The translations under genes were made by a program, and so were the position numbers. The notes below the pieces were generated by a model, which was given only the letters and a program-made list of their open reading frames with translations, was not told the origin of the DNA and ran no database searches. DNA of 63,286 bases, counting the filler, from Reticulomyxa filosa (Eukaryota; Protista; Foraminifera), in assembly GCA_000512085.1 (NCBI GenBank). It is 28 parts of 28 records of this genome, joined end to end, with 100 filler letters (N's around TTAATTAATTAA, not from the genome) between each part and the next. Parts side by side here need not be neighbours in the genome. Positions count along the whole stretch, not along the records: positions 37,404 to 40,419 come from ASPP01002050.1; positions 40,520 to 45,473 come from ASPP01010393.1; positions 45,574 to 46,656 come from ASPP01019898.1; positions 46,757 to 49,994 come from ASPP01029467.1; positions 50,095 to 51,696 come from ASPP01003820.1; positions 51,797 to 52,940 come from ASPP01002835.1; 22 more parts are not named here. The stretch is one strand, 5' to 3'. Position 1 is the stretch's first letter, and each line of letters opens with the position of its first letter. Of the stretch, positions 38,516-52,497 are shown in pieces.

Positions 38516-38842
38516 TGAACCTGTTCTTTTTATGTGGAAAATTTTTCCAAGTGTATTTTTCATTCGTTCTCTAAAAATCTTGTTGAAAAAGTTTTATTGA
38601 AAAAGAACATTCGCAAATATAAACGCTATCCTTCTATAAAATATTAGTGAAAATTGATTGATAAATAGCACCTTATAAAACTAATATTTTTTTACATTTA
38701 ATAATTTTTTAAATATTTTTTCGAAGAATTTCGAGCGGGTCATTACATTATATCGTGGAATGTACTCTGGTCATGAAACAGAAATTAAAAGGGAGTAATT
38801 CACTAGTAAAATGCAAAGTTTTAACTGCAGGAAAATACTAAT

Positions 38843-40419
38843 TTGGGGATGTGGAATGTCGGCCAAAGAAGAAGACTAACAGAAAGAAGAACACAAGAAA
38901 AAATAAAAATAAACAGGCTGCAGAATAAAAAATCTGATGATGATGAAATCTTATCGCTAAGACTTGAATTAGCAGAGATTAAGTTAGCATTCCAGCAATT
39001 AAAATCCTTATTGCAATCAATTAACATGACGTTAATGCATATGGGTGTTGGTAATTGATCAAGAGATAAGATTAATATTGCGAATACTAATATGCAAGCA
39101 GGCCATGATCAACAGTATATTGGTATTACAAAATAACAACAACGGATTTTATTACAAAGTCCAAATATTAGAACAAAATTTGCATCAGAAGCAGTCTCAA
39201 ATCTGTTTATTGCAAGAAGTATTCAGATCAAAGAAGAAGGACATTGATTACAACTTCCAGTATCTTTATGTTCATCACTGGAGTTAGACAGTAATATATG
39301 GAGTGTTATGTCGAAGAGATTTACATTCATAATCACGATCATTCAATACATGCATGATACATTCAATGCTTTTGGTTATGAGTCTTGTTGGATGGAAATC
39401 TAGTGTCATGATCAAAAGAAATCAATATTATTCTGCAGTTTCTATCGAAATTTGACTTGTAATCGTTTCAATATTCAATCATTCGAACAAGAATTACAAT
39501 CTGATATGAAAATGACTGAATATATTGTCATTGGAGTAGATTGGAATGCATATCATCTTGCATGGTTATATCATAATATCGACGATACTGTTGAGAATAT
39601 TCTTGATTTCATTGTATCCAATGGATTACATATTATTAATACATTGCCATTTGACTACACGTTTATGAAAGGTAATGCGACATTAAGCATTGATATCACA
39701 TTATGTTCATCATATATTCTTCCATTGATTAGTAATTGGAGAACGTATGATGTTGAATTAGATGTTCAATCAAATCATCTCCCAACCAAGTTCAATATCA
39801 AAACCATGTGGTCTTCGCTACGAATTAAACGACAAAAGATTGGAATATGAGAAGCACAAATGGGAACAATTTAGATTAAGGTTGAAAAAAAATATTGATA
39901 ATAGGCTAAAATCTATTGATTCAATTGTATTAAGAAATCAAGTTTCTTTGGACAAAGCTGTAGAATCTTGGACCAAATGTGTTGTTGGTATCAGAACGAT
40001 TTGGAAAAGCAACAAGCCATGGTGGAGTGATAGTTTAAGTTGATTACGAAAGAGATCTCAGAGATCAAAGAACTGATTTCGTAACAAAGAACACCAAGGA
40101 ATTTGATGCTATATAAGAAAGATGCCAAGCAATTGCAAAGATATCGCAATTAGAAAAACATCAACATATGGTAAACAGTATCAATTCACTGCATGAAGGC
40201 AACACAAAGAATTTATTCACACAATTTAAGGCATTGAATACCAGATGCGGATAAAGCACTTCTATTGATGAAAAACATTATGAAATTGTTGAAAATTAAA
40301 TTAAATGTAAAGTGGTGATATCTGAACCATTGGAATTGGATGAAAGCTGCATTTTGTCCTTTGACATCAATCAAGGTGATATCACAAGAGAGGAAGTTAT
40401 TGAAGCATTGAGACATTTG
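38843..40419 (+). mobile_element. Degenerate non-LTR retrotransposon (LINE): coiled-coil ORF1 end, APE endonuclease and linker
   Basis: ILVLQNNNNG...ICLLQEV, IVIGVDWNAYHLAW, IINTLPFDYTF...SIDITL, QSNHLP, KPWWSDSL and ITREEVIEALRHL at the contig end; many stops and frameshifts. Confidence 0.85.
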
Positions 40420-40573
40420 NNNNNNNNNNNNNNNNNNNNNNNNNNNNNNNNNNNNNNNNNNNNTTAATTAATTAANNNNNNNNNNNNNNNNNNNNNNNNN
40501 NNNNNNNNNNNNNNNNNNNAATGCAAATACGTATACTAATGCAAATGCAGGTATTATCGATTCGGTCCATCTA

Positions 40574-41720
40574 TTGGATACACAAACGTCGACAATTTTG
40601 GCGAGTCGAGAAGGATTATATTTCCATCCTTCTGTTGGCAGCAAAGTACAGGGAGGCCACTTGATGCCTTTGAATGTCCTCCCTCCCAATCACAGTGGCA
40701 CAAATAACAATGCGAAAGCATCATTGGAATTGCTGCAAGCAGAAATGGAGGTATTGAAATCGGATTTGTCGAAATTAAAAGCTGAAAATACTGCTTATTC
40801 CGAACGTCTACGTAAATTAAATTATGATCACAAAGTGCTGCGTGAAGAACGAAATAATTTTGAAGCCACTTCCAACGCGTTACATGATCAAGTAAATTTA
40901 CTTCAAAGTCGCTTGAACAATTGTTTGCTGGATTATCAAGAGAAATTAATGGATATGCAGACACTCCAAAAACAACATAAAGACTTACAACAACAGTGTT
41001 CCAAGTCACAAACAACTGTCCAACAATTGTCGTCTCTTGTTGAACAACTGACAAGTCAAAATCAAACACTACAGAAAAACATGTCACATTTCAGTGACGA
41101 AAAGAAACAAATGGAAGAAAGCTCCTTGACTTTTTCAGTTTTGTTGGCGCTCTTCAAGAATAACAATACATTTTTTGTTTGTGTTTAACAGCAAAACAAA
41201 ATCATTTCCAACAATTTCATAGATGTTGGCCACTGAACATTTTAACGAAAAAAACAAATGGAAGATTTCATCAAAAATTGCAAGTCTTCACGAATTCGGT
41301 TTGATAAAAATTTTGAAAGTGGAGATTTAGTTTTATTTAAACATATCACATGGGGGACAAATCCCAACCAATCAAAAAAAAAAGCTCCACCTATTTATTT
41401 TGCCTTCATTCATAACAGTGACTTCCCTTGCTTTTTAGACCTGGACGATTACTGTGACAATTTTTTGGAAACTTTTCCAAATCCCCCTTCGTGGATTGTT
41501 GGTGAAGTTGTCAACAAAGAAACCTTTAAATTGACAGTTTTGTTATGCCTTTTTTTTTGTTACTATCAAAGTTATTTATCTGTATGCTGCTTAAATTATA
41601 TCATATCAACAGCACTCAAGATATGGTTTGCCACGGGGTCAAGACATTATACATATTCTAGCCGGAGATTTTCGAGAAGTTGCTTTTGATGATTCTGTTC
41701 TAAAACTTGCCTTAGAAGGG
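40574..41720 (+). CDS. Atg11/RB1CC1-like protein: coiled coil plus C-terminal Atg11 (claw) domain, partial
   Basis: Heptad-rich ORF 40574-41188 followed by RIRFDKNFESGDLVLF...IYFAF...FPCFLD...PSWIVGEVVNKE. Confidence 0.65.
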
Positions 41721-42581
41721 TAGTCAATTTATTATTTCTTTTTTTTAATTAGTATTGTCTCAGGTTCGTCACATAATTATTTGGTATTTTTTTTTCGAGT
41801 TAATGTCGCACATCACCCAAATATGGCATAGCGCCATAAAAGTTCAAAAGGAAAACTTATTACACAATTCACATTTATTTTCATTGTTTAGTTACATTTT
41901 GGTCTTGTTATTTCACTCTTGATAGCAATTTCTCTTATCAGTTTTTTCACACTATCTTCTTTGCATTTTTTTATAGCAAAAGATCTTCAAGCATTTATGT
42001 TTTAACTACTTTTTTTTTTTTGGAAAAAAAACCAAATTTAAGTAAGTCCCTTTTGAACAAAATTTGAACAATTGAAAAAGAAGTTTGATGCATGAAAAAT
42101 TATTTCAGGTATACTGGCAAGGCATTAATCATATTTTGTACTACATCATGGCAGTATCAAAATAATCTTGTTTATGCCTTACATGGTCAATGTCGACTGC
42201 TGGGGTCACGGGTGGGCGGCCTGGGAAGACAACCAGTTTTAGTTAGATAAGATTTTTTTTGTGCTTCTGTTGATCATATGATACAGACTATTTGTTATAT
42301 GAGCTAACTCAACACCGTTTTTTTCTTATAATTTTTTCTATTTTTTTTTTTAAATAAAATGCATAAAGATTGACTGAAATTTGCATTTTTTTTTAAAAAT
42401 ACAAAAATTGAATTGATAATAATGAAAAATACATGCGAGAAAAATAGCAAATAACTTCTTATTACAAAAATTCAAAATAATACAAATTTTGTGCGTATTG
42501 TCATTGAGTTAAAAAGAGAAGATAATTTCACCCAAATAAATCAACATGACATTTAACACAACATTTTAAATAATGATTATT

Positions 42582-44412
42582 TCAATACCAGATAATATTG
42601 ACGTTAGTTGTTGTTTCGTCGTCTATTATATCTGGCAAAACGGAGCTACCAATGGGCTTGCAATCTGAAATTTTTGTTTCTTTCCAAACATCAGAATTTT
42701 TTGCTTGTTCTTCATCCAAGCTTTGTTGTTGAGTGATTAATTCTTGCAGCTTTTCTTCCTCTTCATTTCTGGCAGATATCAACTCTATGTTTATATTCAA
42801 TAAAAAAGGAGTTTTAAGGAGCGGCACGCAGCACCTTTGCAAATGTAAAAAAAGGGTATTATTTCTTTGAGGTTGTCAAAACTGGGGAGTTCTGTATTAG
42901 ATTTTTCGTCACGAATCATCGGATTCAAATATTGTCTCACTTTTTGAAGATAAAGGACTTTTTTCATACTTGGATCATTTGTATAATTTTCCAATTTCCG
43001 ACATTTGTCAAAAACGGCTTGCAAAAATTGTGTGACCCATGGATTATCCCAATCACACAACGCATTAACAAGTTCGATATACATGTACTTGAGTTCAATC
43101 TCTGAAAATTTCCATTTTTCCCAAAAGGTGGCTTCGGTCAAACAGTGATTACACCACAAGCTGATCAAAGCCATTTGCCATTCTTCCCCCTGTTTGCATT
43201 GTTTATTCGTGATTAGAATTCAGTGTTGAATAATGCTAAGACAATAAACAACAAAACATAGCCAAACTGTGGTAATGAGAGAAGACTTTACTTTTTTTTC
43301 GTTGAGTGGTTTGATGATGGTATCCAAACAGCAAAAAAAAAGTTGGGTAACAACGTGCGCCAAGACTGAAACAGTGAGGAGAGAAAGGCTTGCCATTTTA
43401 AAAACACGGCATTATACACGTGCGACACATCATTTGTGACACTGACATTAAAGGCATGACCTTTGGAGCTGACTTTTTTCTTTTGTTTTTTTCTTTGTTC
43501 TTGTTTTTCCGTTTGCTTGAGATCGCAGTATTTCAATATTTGCTCGAGATTGCACAAATGTTCTTTGATCAACACCGGAAGCAAAGCTTTGGTCAGGGAC
43601 ATGGCATTCAGTACACTCTTGTCTTTGAACGCGCCACTCAGGTCCGAACATATCAAACGACGAGCTTGAAACTCTTCTGAGTAGTTCTTCATCAAAAATT
43701 TCTGGAACGTTCCGGGCAAGTTCCGGACTTGGTCCAGTTGGTACTTCCAGTAATTGGTTTCCAACCAACGCAACAATTCCATTGAGTGTTGTTGCAATGT
43801 TGCAAATGATGGCAATTGTCGATGGACAGTGGTATGTCGTAACTCCACCAATTCCTCTATCAATTCATTTCAAAGTTCACACATATATACATATATATGT
43901 ATATGTATACGTGTAATGTATATACATATATATATATACATATATATATTTGTTTTATATTATAAACAAATAAACAAAATAGATAATAAAATCCTTTTTT
44001 TTTTTTTTTTTTGTTAACTTGGAAGCTTTAAAAAGTCAACCCATTCGATATTGTTTCTTTCCAGCGTTGAATCAGTCACACGATTGATAAAGATGGAAAT
44101 GTTGATTGCCATTTGATTTTGAGCGGTGCGATAATTGATCGTTGGCTTGCCTTCATTCCACAACACTGATAACAACTGCTGTGTCACATCCACGGCTGCA
44201 GGGACGCTCTGGGTTCGTGATCGCCACATCTCGATGATCGACGCTGCCTTATTCAAATTGTCCGTCACTATTACCTTGCAAAACACCTTATTTGTCTCGT
44301 TCGCGTCGTCGTCGCTCTTCTCCTTTCCGTCTGTCAAGTCCAGGTACGTGTGAAACACTTGAAACAATAATTTATACACTTCCTCAAACTCGTTCCAATT
44401 CCTCCATGCCAT
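42582..44412 (-). CDS. LAS1: Las1-family HEPN endoribonuclease (pre-rRNA ITS2 processing), multi-exon
   Basis: AWRNWNEFEEVYKLLF, IEMWRSR...VPAAVDVT, and ELVELRHTTVHRQLPS...LLRWLETNYW with an intact RHxxxH HEPN motif. Confidence 0.8.
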
Positions 44413-44955
44413 TATTGGAAGTAACGTTCCTTTTATACTTTTTTTTTCCCCCCCATCATGTGTTTTATTAATGCTCTTCTCTTGTGAAAAAAAAAAAAGT
44501 CTTAAATACTAGCTAATTTGCAGACCTATTAGCTGATTCTGATGATAGCTGCTTTGTTTCATTGTCATCTCCAAAGTCAAGAGGGAGGAATTCCAAATTC
44601 TCCATGTTTATAATCTATTTGAACTTTTTTTCCTTCGTCCCCTTTTTATGTTTTTCTAGAAAGATCATATATTGATAGTTGTAATTTTGCTTCAAAAAAA
44701 CTTTCAATAACGTGGAAAATTAAAAGTGACATGCTAGTTTTTCAACTCAAAACTCCAATGAATGAAAAAAAAACAATGATATTGGTGTTTAACAAAGTCA
44801 TTACAAAAAGCACCTTACAGTCGGGAAACCAAACAAGCAAATAAAGAATTATGCAAAGATGAAGATCACACAATTAAAACCAAAACATTTGTCACGAGAG
44901 GGGGAATGAATGGGTCACTTTTTGTTTTTTCCAAAAAGAGTTGTTTTTTTTCTGC

Positions 44956-45473
44956 TTACTGTTCGTCATCTCCAGATGAGTCATTTTTTAATTTATCAGC
45001 TGGATCTTTAGGATGCACATCGTCATCCCACTGTTTTGCTTTATCTACTGGTCCCATACGCTGTATACACATGCATGCCTCCACAATTTTTTCAGTTCTG
45101 TTTTTTTTTTTTTTGTTTGAAAAAAAAAAAGAGAGGAGGAAAAAAAAGAGTTGGTTCTGCAGCTTCACCAAAAAAAGAAAAAAAAAATCTTTTGGTTATA
45201 TCAAAAAAAAAAAAAAAAAAGATGGTGAAGATCAGAATTTTACCTTTCGCTGTTGTCTTTCGGCTTCTTCTCGTACTCGGCGTATGAATTGGCTTTCGTC
45301 TTTTTCATCGGCGCCGCGAACCCTTTGTGACGAGGGTGAGGAATATTTCTCATCGTCATCATCATTGTCATCACTCAAAATGTTTGTAGGTCTCTCTCTA
45401 GTTTTGATTTTGTCAACGGGAGTGAAAGATGGAGTCGGTGGTCGATAATTGGAATACCTATCAGTCGAGTCAT
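44956..45473 (-). CDS. Hypothetical protein, last two exons
   Basis: Open frame from the contig edge (RPPTPSFTP...REEAERQQRK), a T/A-run intron, then TEKIVEACMCIQRMGPVDKAKQWDDD; no family recognised. Confidence 0.4.
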
Positions 45474-46756
45474 NNNNNNNNNNNNNNNNNNNNNNNNNNN
45501 NNNNNNNNNNNNNNNNNTTAATTAATTAANNNNNNNNNNNNNNNNNNNNNNNNNNNNNNNNNNNNNNNNNNNNAAATATATGTATGTGTTATATACATAC
45601 ACATCAATCAACAAATCAAATTATTTTTCCCAACTTTTTGCATTTTGCACGTTTGTGGAACAATAAATACAAATTGCAAATTGCAAATTCAAAAATAAAG
45701 GAACAAAAAACATAAACAAAGATATATAAGTATTTGCGTTTTTAAACTCGAGTGATCCTTTTGGCATTTGTTCAAATTTGGTTTAATTCATTCCCACCCA
45801 CCCACGCCCCCCATCCCATGCCGACAAATGTGTGAAGGTCCCAGCACCCAATCAACACACACCATTGTCAAGTAATTTCGAGAAAAAGATCTCAACAAAC
45901 CCTACTGAAAACACCACTTACGTGACTTCCGCCATTGACACTGACGTTACCTATCTATCTCTTTGACAAAATATGATCAGTTCTTTTTTTATTTTTCAGA
46001 TGAATTGAATAGAAAATATTATCGTATATTGTTTTTTTTTTTGAATGAAAAAATTGGACCCAACGTCCAAAAGAACAACATACCCCTTCCACTATTGACA
46101 AAAAACACTTATGTGTTATTTAAATGTTAACAAGTGTCTTATCTTTTTTTAAAAAATCCTAGACACAATTTTTCTCGAATGGCCATACTTAGGCTGCATA
46201 CAACCAAAATGAAAAGTATAAACGATTCAATAATTTGAAAAAAATGCTGCTGTTTCGCATAACATGTATCATAACATTTGTGAACCGTTGCAGCTGAATT
46301 CAAAAAATTAAAGATGGACACATAAACAGTTTGAAGTAAAAACATCTGTACTTTGCAAATGAGCGCCATTGTAAGAAAAAAAAGTTTTTTTAAGTGAGTG
46401 AATGATTGAGAATTAACAATAGTTTATTTGAAAAAAAAAAAAAAAAGTAAAGACCACTCAAAACACCAATTGTGCGGATAAACAAAAAACAAATAAACAG
46501 ACGAGTATATATTAACCTAAAACATTTTTTTAAAAAAAAAACTAATGTAAAAAGCTAAAACAAGATTGAGAAAAAAAAAAAAGATTCAAGCAACACAATG
46601 AGAGAAAAAAACAAAACAATTAAAATACAATTACTTTTTTTGAGCTGCATTTGATCNNNNNNNNNNNNNNNNNNNNNNNNNNNNNNNNNNNNNNNNNNNN
46701 TTAATTAATTAANNNNNNNNNNNNNNNNNNNNNNNNNNNNNNNNNNNNNNNNNNNN

Positions 46757-47120
46757 TTATTTTGATATTTGAATACAATTTTCATTAGTTATGCTGTTCA
46801 GTTTTTTTAAAAAATATTGAATAAAGCTTTTTCAACTTTTTTAACAACAAAGTAAGACAGAGCACATTTTTCAATACTTGCATTTAATCAAATCAAATAA
46901 GTTTAATATCACATGACTTTTATTTCAATCAAAGTTTTCAAACAAAAACACTTTTATTTCTTATTTGACAAAAAAAAATTATCCCCAAATACGAATGTAA
47001 CCTTTGGGTGAACCATAATACAAATTCAAATCATATTTGACACTCTTTGTATCCTTTTTCTTTTTCAATGCAACAAATTTAAGACAAAATATTCAATGTT
47101 ATTTTGTGGAAATTTTGGCT
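46757..47120 (-). pseudogene. Degenerate tandem copy of the 3' end and 3' flank of the neighbouring WD40 gene
   Basis: Aligns by eye with 47896-48240 (TTATTTTGATATTT..., CAAACAAAAACACTTT, AATTATCCCCAAATACGAAT); a further FWDIRSN relic lies near 47612-47637. Confidence 0.8.
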
Positions 47121-48106
47121 ATATCATTACCAACGCTTTCTTTTGAAAGACTGATAAAAAGAAAAGGGAAGTGACACTGTATTTTTCTGACTTAATTTAA
47201 TAATTTCTCTTAGTTGTTACAAACAAACAACAATCGATATTATAATATTCCCAAATATGAATAAGACCTTTGAGTGAATCATAGCATAGATTAAGAAAGC
47301 ATAATTTTTCCTTAATCAACTGAACAAGAATGTCAACCAAAGTTTCAGACATCATAAAGTAAGATAGTTCATAATCTCTTTTCGACATATTGAAATATCA
47401 ATAAAATTGACAAATTTATTTCATTAAAAAAAATAAATTTATATGAACAGATAATATTGTTATAAGCAAAGTATTTAAATTTTGTCTCCCCAAATAGCAA
47501 TATGACTATAACACAAACTATGACCACAGTTCTTTTATCATCGTTTTTAATTGTATAAATTTAAAACACTGTATTCCATAATGTCCTTCATTCATCACAT
47601 ATAATCATTTTATTTGATCGGATATCCCAAAAATATAAATATTAATTGTTTTTAATGAAATAAAAGAAAAATACTGAGCAATCTTATTTCTGCAATTTCG
47701 CTTTTATCATCATTATTGTGTATTTTATGTTTACAAAAACGTATCTATATTACAATTAATCCTTGATCTTTCATTTGAATAAAATTATGGAATTCATTAA
47801 AAAATTGGTTTTTGTTACAAAATAGTTTTTAGCAATTTTAAAAAAGTAGTAGTGATTTGCAATAAAAAAAAACTAACACTTAATATCCTGCAACTTATTT
47901 TGATATTTAGATATAATTTTCATTAATTATACTTTTCAATTCTTTGAATGCAGCTTTTTCAAATTTATAAACAATAAAGTAAGATAAAACACATCTTTCA
48001 ATGCTTGCATTCAATCAAATTAAACAAGTTTAATATCAACTTACTTTCTTTTAATCAAACTTTTCAAACAAAAACACTTTCATTTCTTATTTGACAAAAC
48101 AGTAAA

Positions 48107-49483
48107 TTATCCCCAAATACGAATGGGTCCATTGTATGTACCATAACACAAACTCAAATTATATGTAACATTATTTGCATTCTCTTTCTTTTTCAATGCA
48201 ATAAATTTAAAACATAATATTCCACAATCTTTTTTCTTACTTTCGATCATATACAATTCATTCTTATTTGATCGAATATCCCAAAAACGAATTGTATTAT
48301 CAAATGATCCAGAACATATCACATTTGAATTACCAATACTATTCTTTATTACAAATGGTGAATATTCAACAACATTCACACAATTAGTATGCCCATTGAA
48401 TACTTGAATTTGCTTACCAGACCGAATATCCCACAAACGAACACTTTTATCATATGATCCAGATAATATTGTATCCATTAATTCATTTGATCCATATTTT
48501 ATACTAGTCAATGCATATTCATATCCTTTGAATACATTGAATTGTTTGATTATTTCAATATCTCATATTCGAATGGTATTATCATATGACCCAGAACAAA
48601 TTGTATATCCATTTCCACCAATCATACCAATATTATTCATTTTATTATTATTATCATTGTTATTATTACTTTGTAATGGTGAAATATCAACATACCAAAT
48701 ACAACCTTCATGTCCATTGAAAGCATGTAATAATTTTGATGTTTCAACATCCCATAAACGAATTGTTTTGTCATATGATCCAGAACACAAATATCTACCA
48801 CCATTAAATGGTGAAAATTCAATTCCATAAACACTTTTTGTGTGTCCATTGAATATTTGTAATTCCTTATTATGTTTAAAATCCCAAAAACGAATGGTAT
48901 TGTCATCCGATGAAGAAAAAATGACATTTTGACGAGAATTATGATAATGATATGACGAAAATTTCACACAATTCACATGACCTGCATGTCCATTAAATGA
49001 TTGAATTTTTTTGTTGTTATCAACATCCCATACACGAACTGTTTGATCATTTGATCCAGAAAAAATGAATTGACGACCATCAAATGTTGAATAATCAATA
49101 CTCCACACAATACTTGTATGTCCAGTGAATGTATTGATTAATTTGGATGATGAACGAAATGTGTCAAACATGAAGACAGTAGATATCTATGTTAAATAAA
49201 TATTAGAATATTTTGATTTGTATTTAAAAAAAAAGAAAAACAAATAAACTAACATAATTGATAACAAGTTTGTCAAAATCATTAATCCATCCTAATTTGA
49301 TTTTCAATATTCAAATCCAATGTTGTACGATTACTTTAATCTTTTTTTCTTCGGACTGTTTAAATCAAATTATATACGATAAATAAAATAATAAAAAAAA
49401 CAACAAACTTTCTGAAAGCTTGTACTAAAGCTTACCAACTCTAGTTGTGCTAAAGTTCGCTTCTCATTGCTGAGAGTTATCAT
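48107..49483 (-). pseudogene. WD40-repeat gene of an expanded family, with two in-frame TGA stops
   Basis: Seven-blade-like repeats (GHT..V...SGSxDxTIRxWD). TGA at 48563-48565 replaces a WD Trp and TGA at 49311-49313 interrupts HWI*ILKIKLGWINDFDK; ATG at 49483 and short introns retained. Confidence 0.85.
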
Positions 49484-50440
49484 ATTGTTTTTTCTTAAGA
49501 TCGTTTTGATGATGTAAAATGGAAGATATTGAACTTTTTTCTCTCAATGGCAATGAAAGTGTTTTCAAAAATATTTTTGGCAATATGAAAAATGGACTTT
49601 AACAATACATGTGGTTTCTTTTTCAATGAAGATTAAAAATTTTTTTTTAAAAGAACTTGTCCAAATCTGAGTACGCACATCACAATTTTTTTTTTCAAGA
49701 GATTTTCAACAAAAACTTTAAAAACAGTTGTTCGATATGTTTTTATGAATTAATTTGAAATAGTTGAACTTTTTTCAAATTACTTTATCGTAAAAGACAT
49801 TTGATGCATAAAGCGTGGATTGATGTTTCTTTAGATGATAACACAGCCCTTGGGATACACAATTTGTAAGTAGAAACCATTGCGAAATGGATTTTTGCAA
49901 CATTAACATGATAACCTTTTGTTTTAATTTCAATTCTTAAAAAATAAATAATTGAAAGAATAATATAATCCATATTCTTGTGTAATTGTTGTGANNNNNN
50001 NNNNNNNNNNNNNNNNNNNNNNNNNNNNNNNNNNNNNNTTAATTAATTAANNNNNNNNNNNNNNNNNNNNNNNNNNNNNNNNNNNNNNNNNNNNAAAAAT
50101 ATCAATTGGGTTTTTGACTTTTCATTATAAGTTCGTTCGAAAGATAATTGATTTTTCCAACTGTTTGATTCCATTGTTCGCGATATTAATAAAAATGCAA
50201 TTACATTTTTTTAAATTCTTTCAAACACATTTAGCCGAACGTAAAAAAATTTGGCACGTAATAAAGAAATGAGATTTTCTTTGTGAAAAATCAAAAATTG
50301 GTTTTGAAAAATCTTCACATCTTGTAGTTTCAAAGAGTGTGCAGTTTAAAAAAAGCAATATAATAAAAATTTCAACTTCAAACATTGAGAAAGGGGGAGG
50401 GGGGGGGGGACGATAGGGAACAAGAGGATGAGAAAAAACA

Positions 50441-51321
50441 GTTCGCGGTACTAATTTTTGTAATAAAAATTAGGCTGAAGGACAATGGTAAAATTTGGGA
50501 AATATCTGAAAGACAATGCAATTGATGAGTGGAAAGATCGTTATATGCGTTATAAGAGATTGAAGAAATTGATAAGCGCGTTTCAGTTGACGGAATGTGC
50601 AAGTGAAGAGCAAGAGCAATTTTTTATTTCGCAATTGAAAGAGGTATGAGAAAATGTTAATAGTAGCAATGACCAAATTTAAAAAGAGGAGAAGGAAAAC
50701 AAACCAAAAAAAAAAAAAGGGGGGGGGGGAGGAGAAGAAGGAAGAAAAGGGAAGGAAACAACATCAATACTACAAAAAATCATTAAATCAAATTAAATCC
50801 AAAAAAAAAAAAAAAAAAAGGAAAGCACGACGTGTGGAAGAATGGTTTGTGGAAGTGCGTAATGGCTGCCTGCAGCACTTGCGACAAATCCGTGACCAAC
50901 TGCCAGACGAAATGCGTGAGAACTTTCCATTTAGTGATCGTCCATTTCCGTTGACGAGTCATTCATCGAGCGATCAACGATCGAACAATGAGGACACGGA
51001 CGAGACGACGAACCTGTCAAGCAAGACCCCTTTGGACAAGAAGCAGAAGCACAAGCATAAGGGTAAGGACAAGGATAAGCACAAACGAGAAGAAAAGCAA
51101 GACATGCGTAAGTCAAGCGACAAAGGGAAGCATCCGCGACAACAACAACAACAACAACAACAACAACAGCGTGGCAAACGTCACGAAAAAGGAAGGGGTG
51201 ACGAGCACAATAGTGAGGGCAAGAAAGACAGACAAAGTCTGAGTACGCAAACAGTTCAATCGGTGCCGTCCAAGAAGCAAGACGATCACGACCATGATCA
51301 TGATCACAACCATAACGACAT

Positions 51322-51366
<45 letters not shown>

Positions 51367-51658
51367 TACCATTAAGAAAGAGTCCAAATCCAAATCCAAA
51401 TCTAAATCCAATGATTTAACGGGCGAGGAGGAAGACAAGAAGAAAAAGAAGAAAAAGAGACCCAAGGGATCTCACTCAGGGACGTCCACTACCATTTCGT
51501 CCAAAGACACACACGACTTTAGCAGCAGTGGCTTGGACGAAGAAGATGATGACAATGGCCATCATGATGATGAACTTTTCAAACCCTTGACACTGCTTCT
51601 ACCTTCCTCTCAACCTCTTGCAAATGTGTCTTCTCTTCCAGCTGCAACAAATGGCTAG
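50441..51658 (+). CDS. Low-complexity hydrophilic protein (poly-Q, DN, KS, DH tracts), partial
   Basis: Long open frame after an A-run acceptor at 50820; (CAA)n near 51139-51168 and (GACAAC)n near 51326-51366. Upstream exon boundaries uncertain. Confidence 0.5.
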
Positions 51659-51945
51659 TTTTTTTTTTTTTATAACCCCTTTGGCATTTTTTTTTTNNNN
51701 NNNNNNNNNNNNNNNNNNNNNNNNNNNNNNNNNNNNNNNNTTAATTAATTAANNNNNNNNNNNNNNNNNNNNNNNNNNNNNNNNNNNNNNNNNNNNCGCT
51801 GATCAACCAAAGACTCTTCAGTTTTATTTTATTTTATTTTATTTTTTTTGTTTGCTTGACAAAAAAAAAAAAAAAAAAAACTCACTCCGTTTTATGTATA
51901 TAACAAGATCAAACATGCCATCAAAAAAAACACAAAAAATTTCGA

Positions 51946-52497
51946 TTGCACAATCGCAAAATTGATTTTGGAACAGAAGGAACAGCAATGGCTATTAACA
52001 TGAAAAACTCAACATCAGTCCACTCGATAACAGATTGGAGTAGTAATGGAACAATCGACATGAAGGAATCCACTGGAAAAACAAAGACAGCTCTGTTATT
52101 GGATAAAGATTATCAAGTGATTGCTTTTGGAAATGAAGCCTGGAATAAGTTTTATTTTACACATTTTAAAAAAATTACTTATTGATCACAAAAAAAAAAA
52201 AAAGACATCAATCTCCAAATAATAATGATGCCAACAAATGGTTAAAATGAACTTATATGGTTAGTTTAAATTCACTTTCCATCACTTGAGAAAACAAAAA
52301 TCAATTATTACAATTTTTAAATAAACAAACAAAAAGATGTGACAAGTCAACATCAAGCATGGAGAAAATCATCTCTAAAGAAACAATTGCATTCCATTAA
52401 TGGCACCAGTGTCATCACTGAGACCGTATTTGTTAGTGCTTTAAAATATTGCAAACAAAAAGCAATGCAATATCTCACACAAAATAATCTGACAGTA
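51946..52497 (+). pseudogene. HSPA12-like Hsp70-superfamily N-terminal fragment
   Basis: IDFGTEGTAMA...W...KTKTALLLDKDYQVIAFGNEA and NGTSVITETVFVSALKYCKQKA match the HSPA12 N-terminus; homology is lost afterwards. Confidence 0.6.

Noticed and set aside
44906-45448. Antisense and low-complexity ORFs in the ORF track (also 31579-32223, 12255-12641, 6072-6329)
   Set aside because: Shadows of real genes on the other strand or translations of homopolymer-rich introns.
48563-48565. In-frame TGA at a Trp position as evidence of codon reassignment or selenocysteine
   Set aside because: Other genes terminate at TGA, Trp is TGG elsewhere, and the second TGA replaces a probable Arg; simple pseudogenisation explains both.
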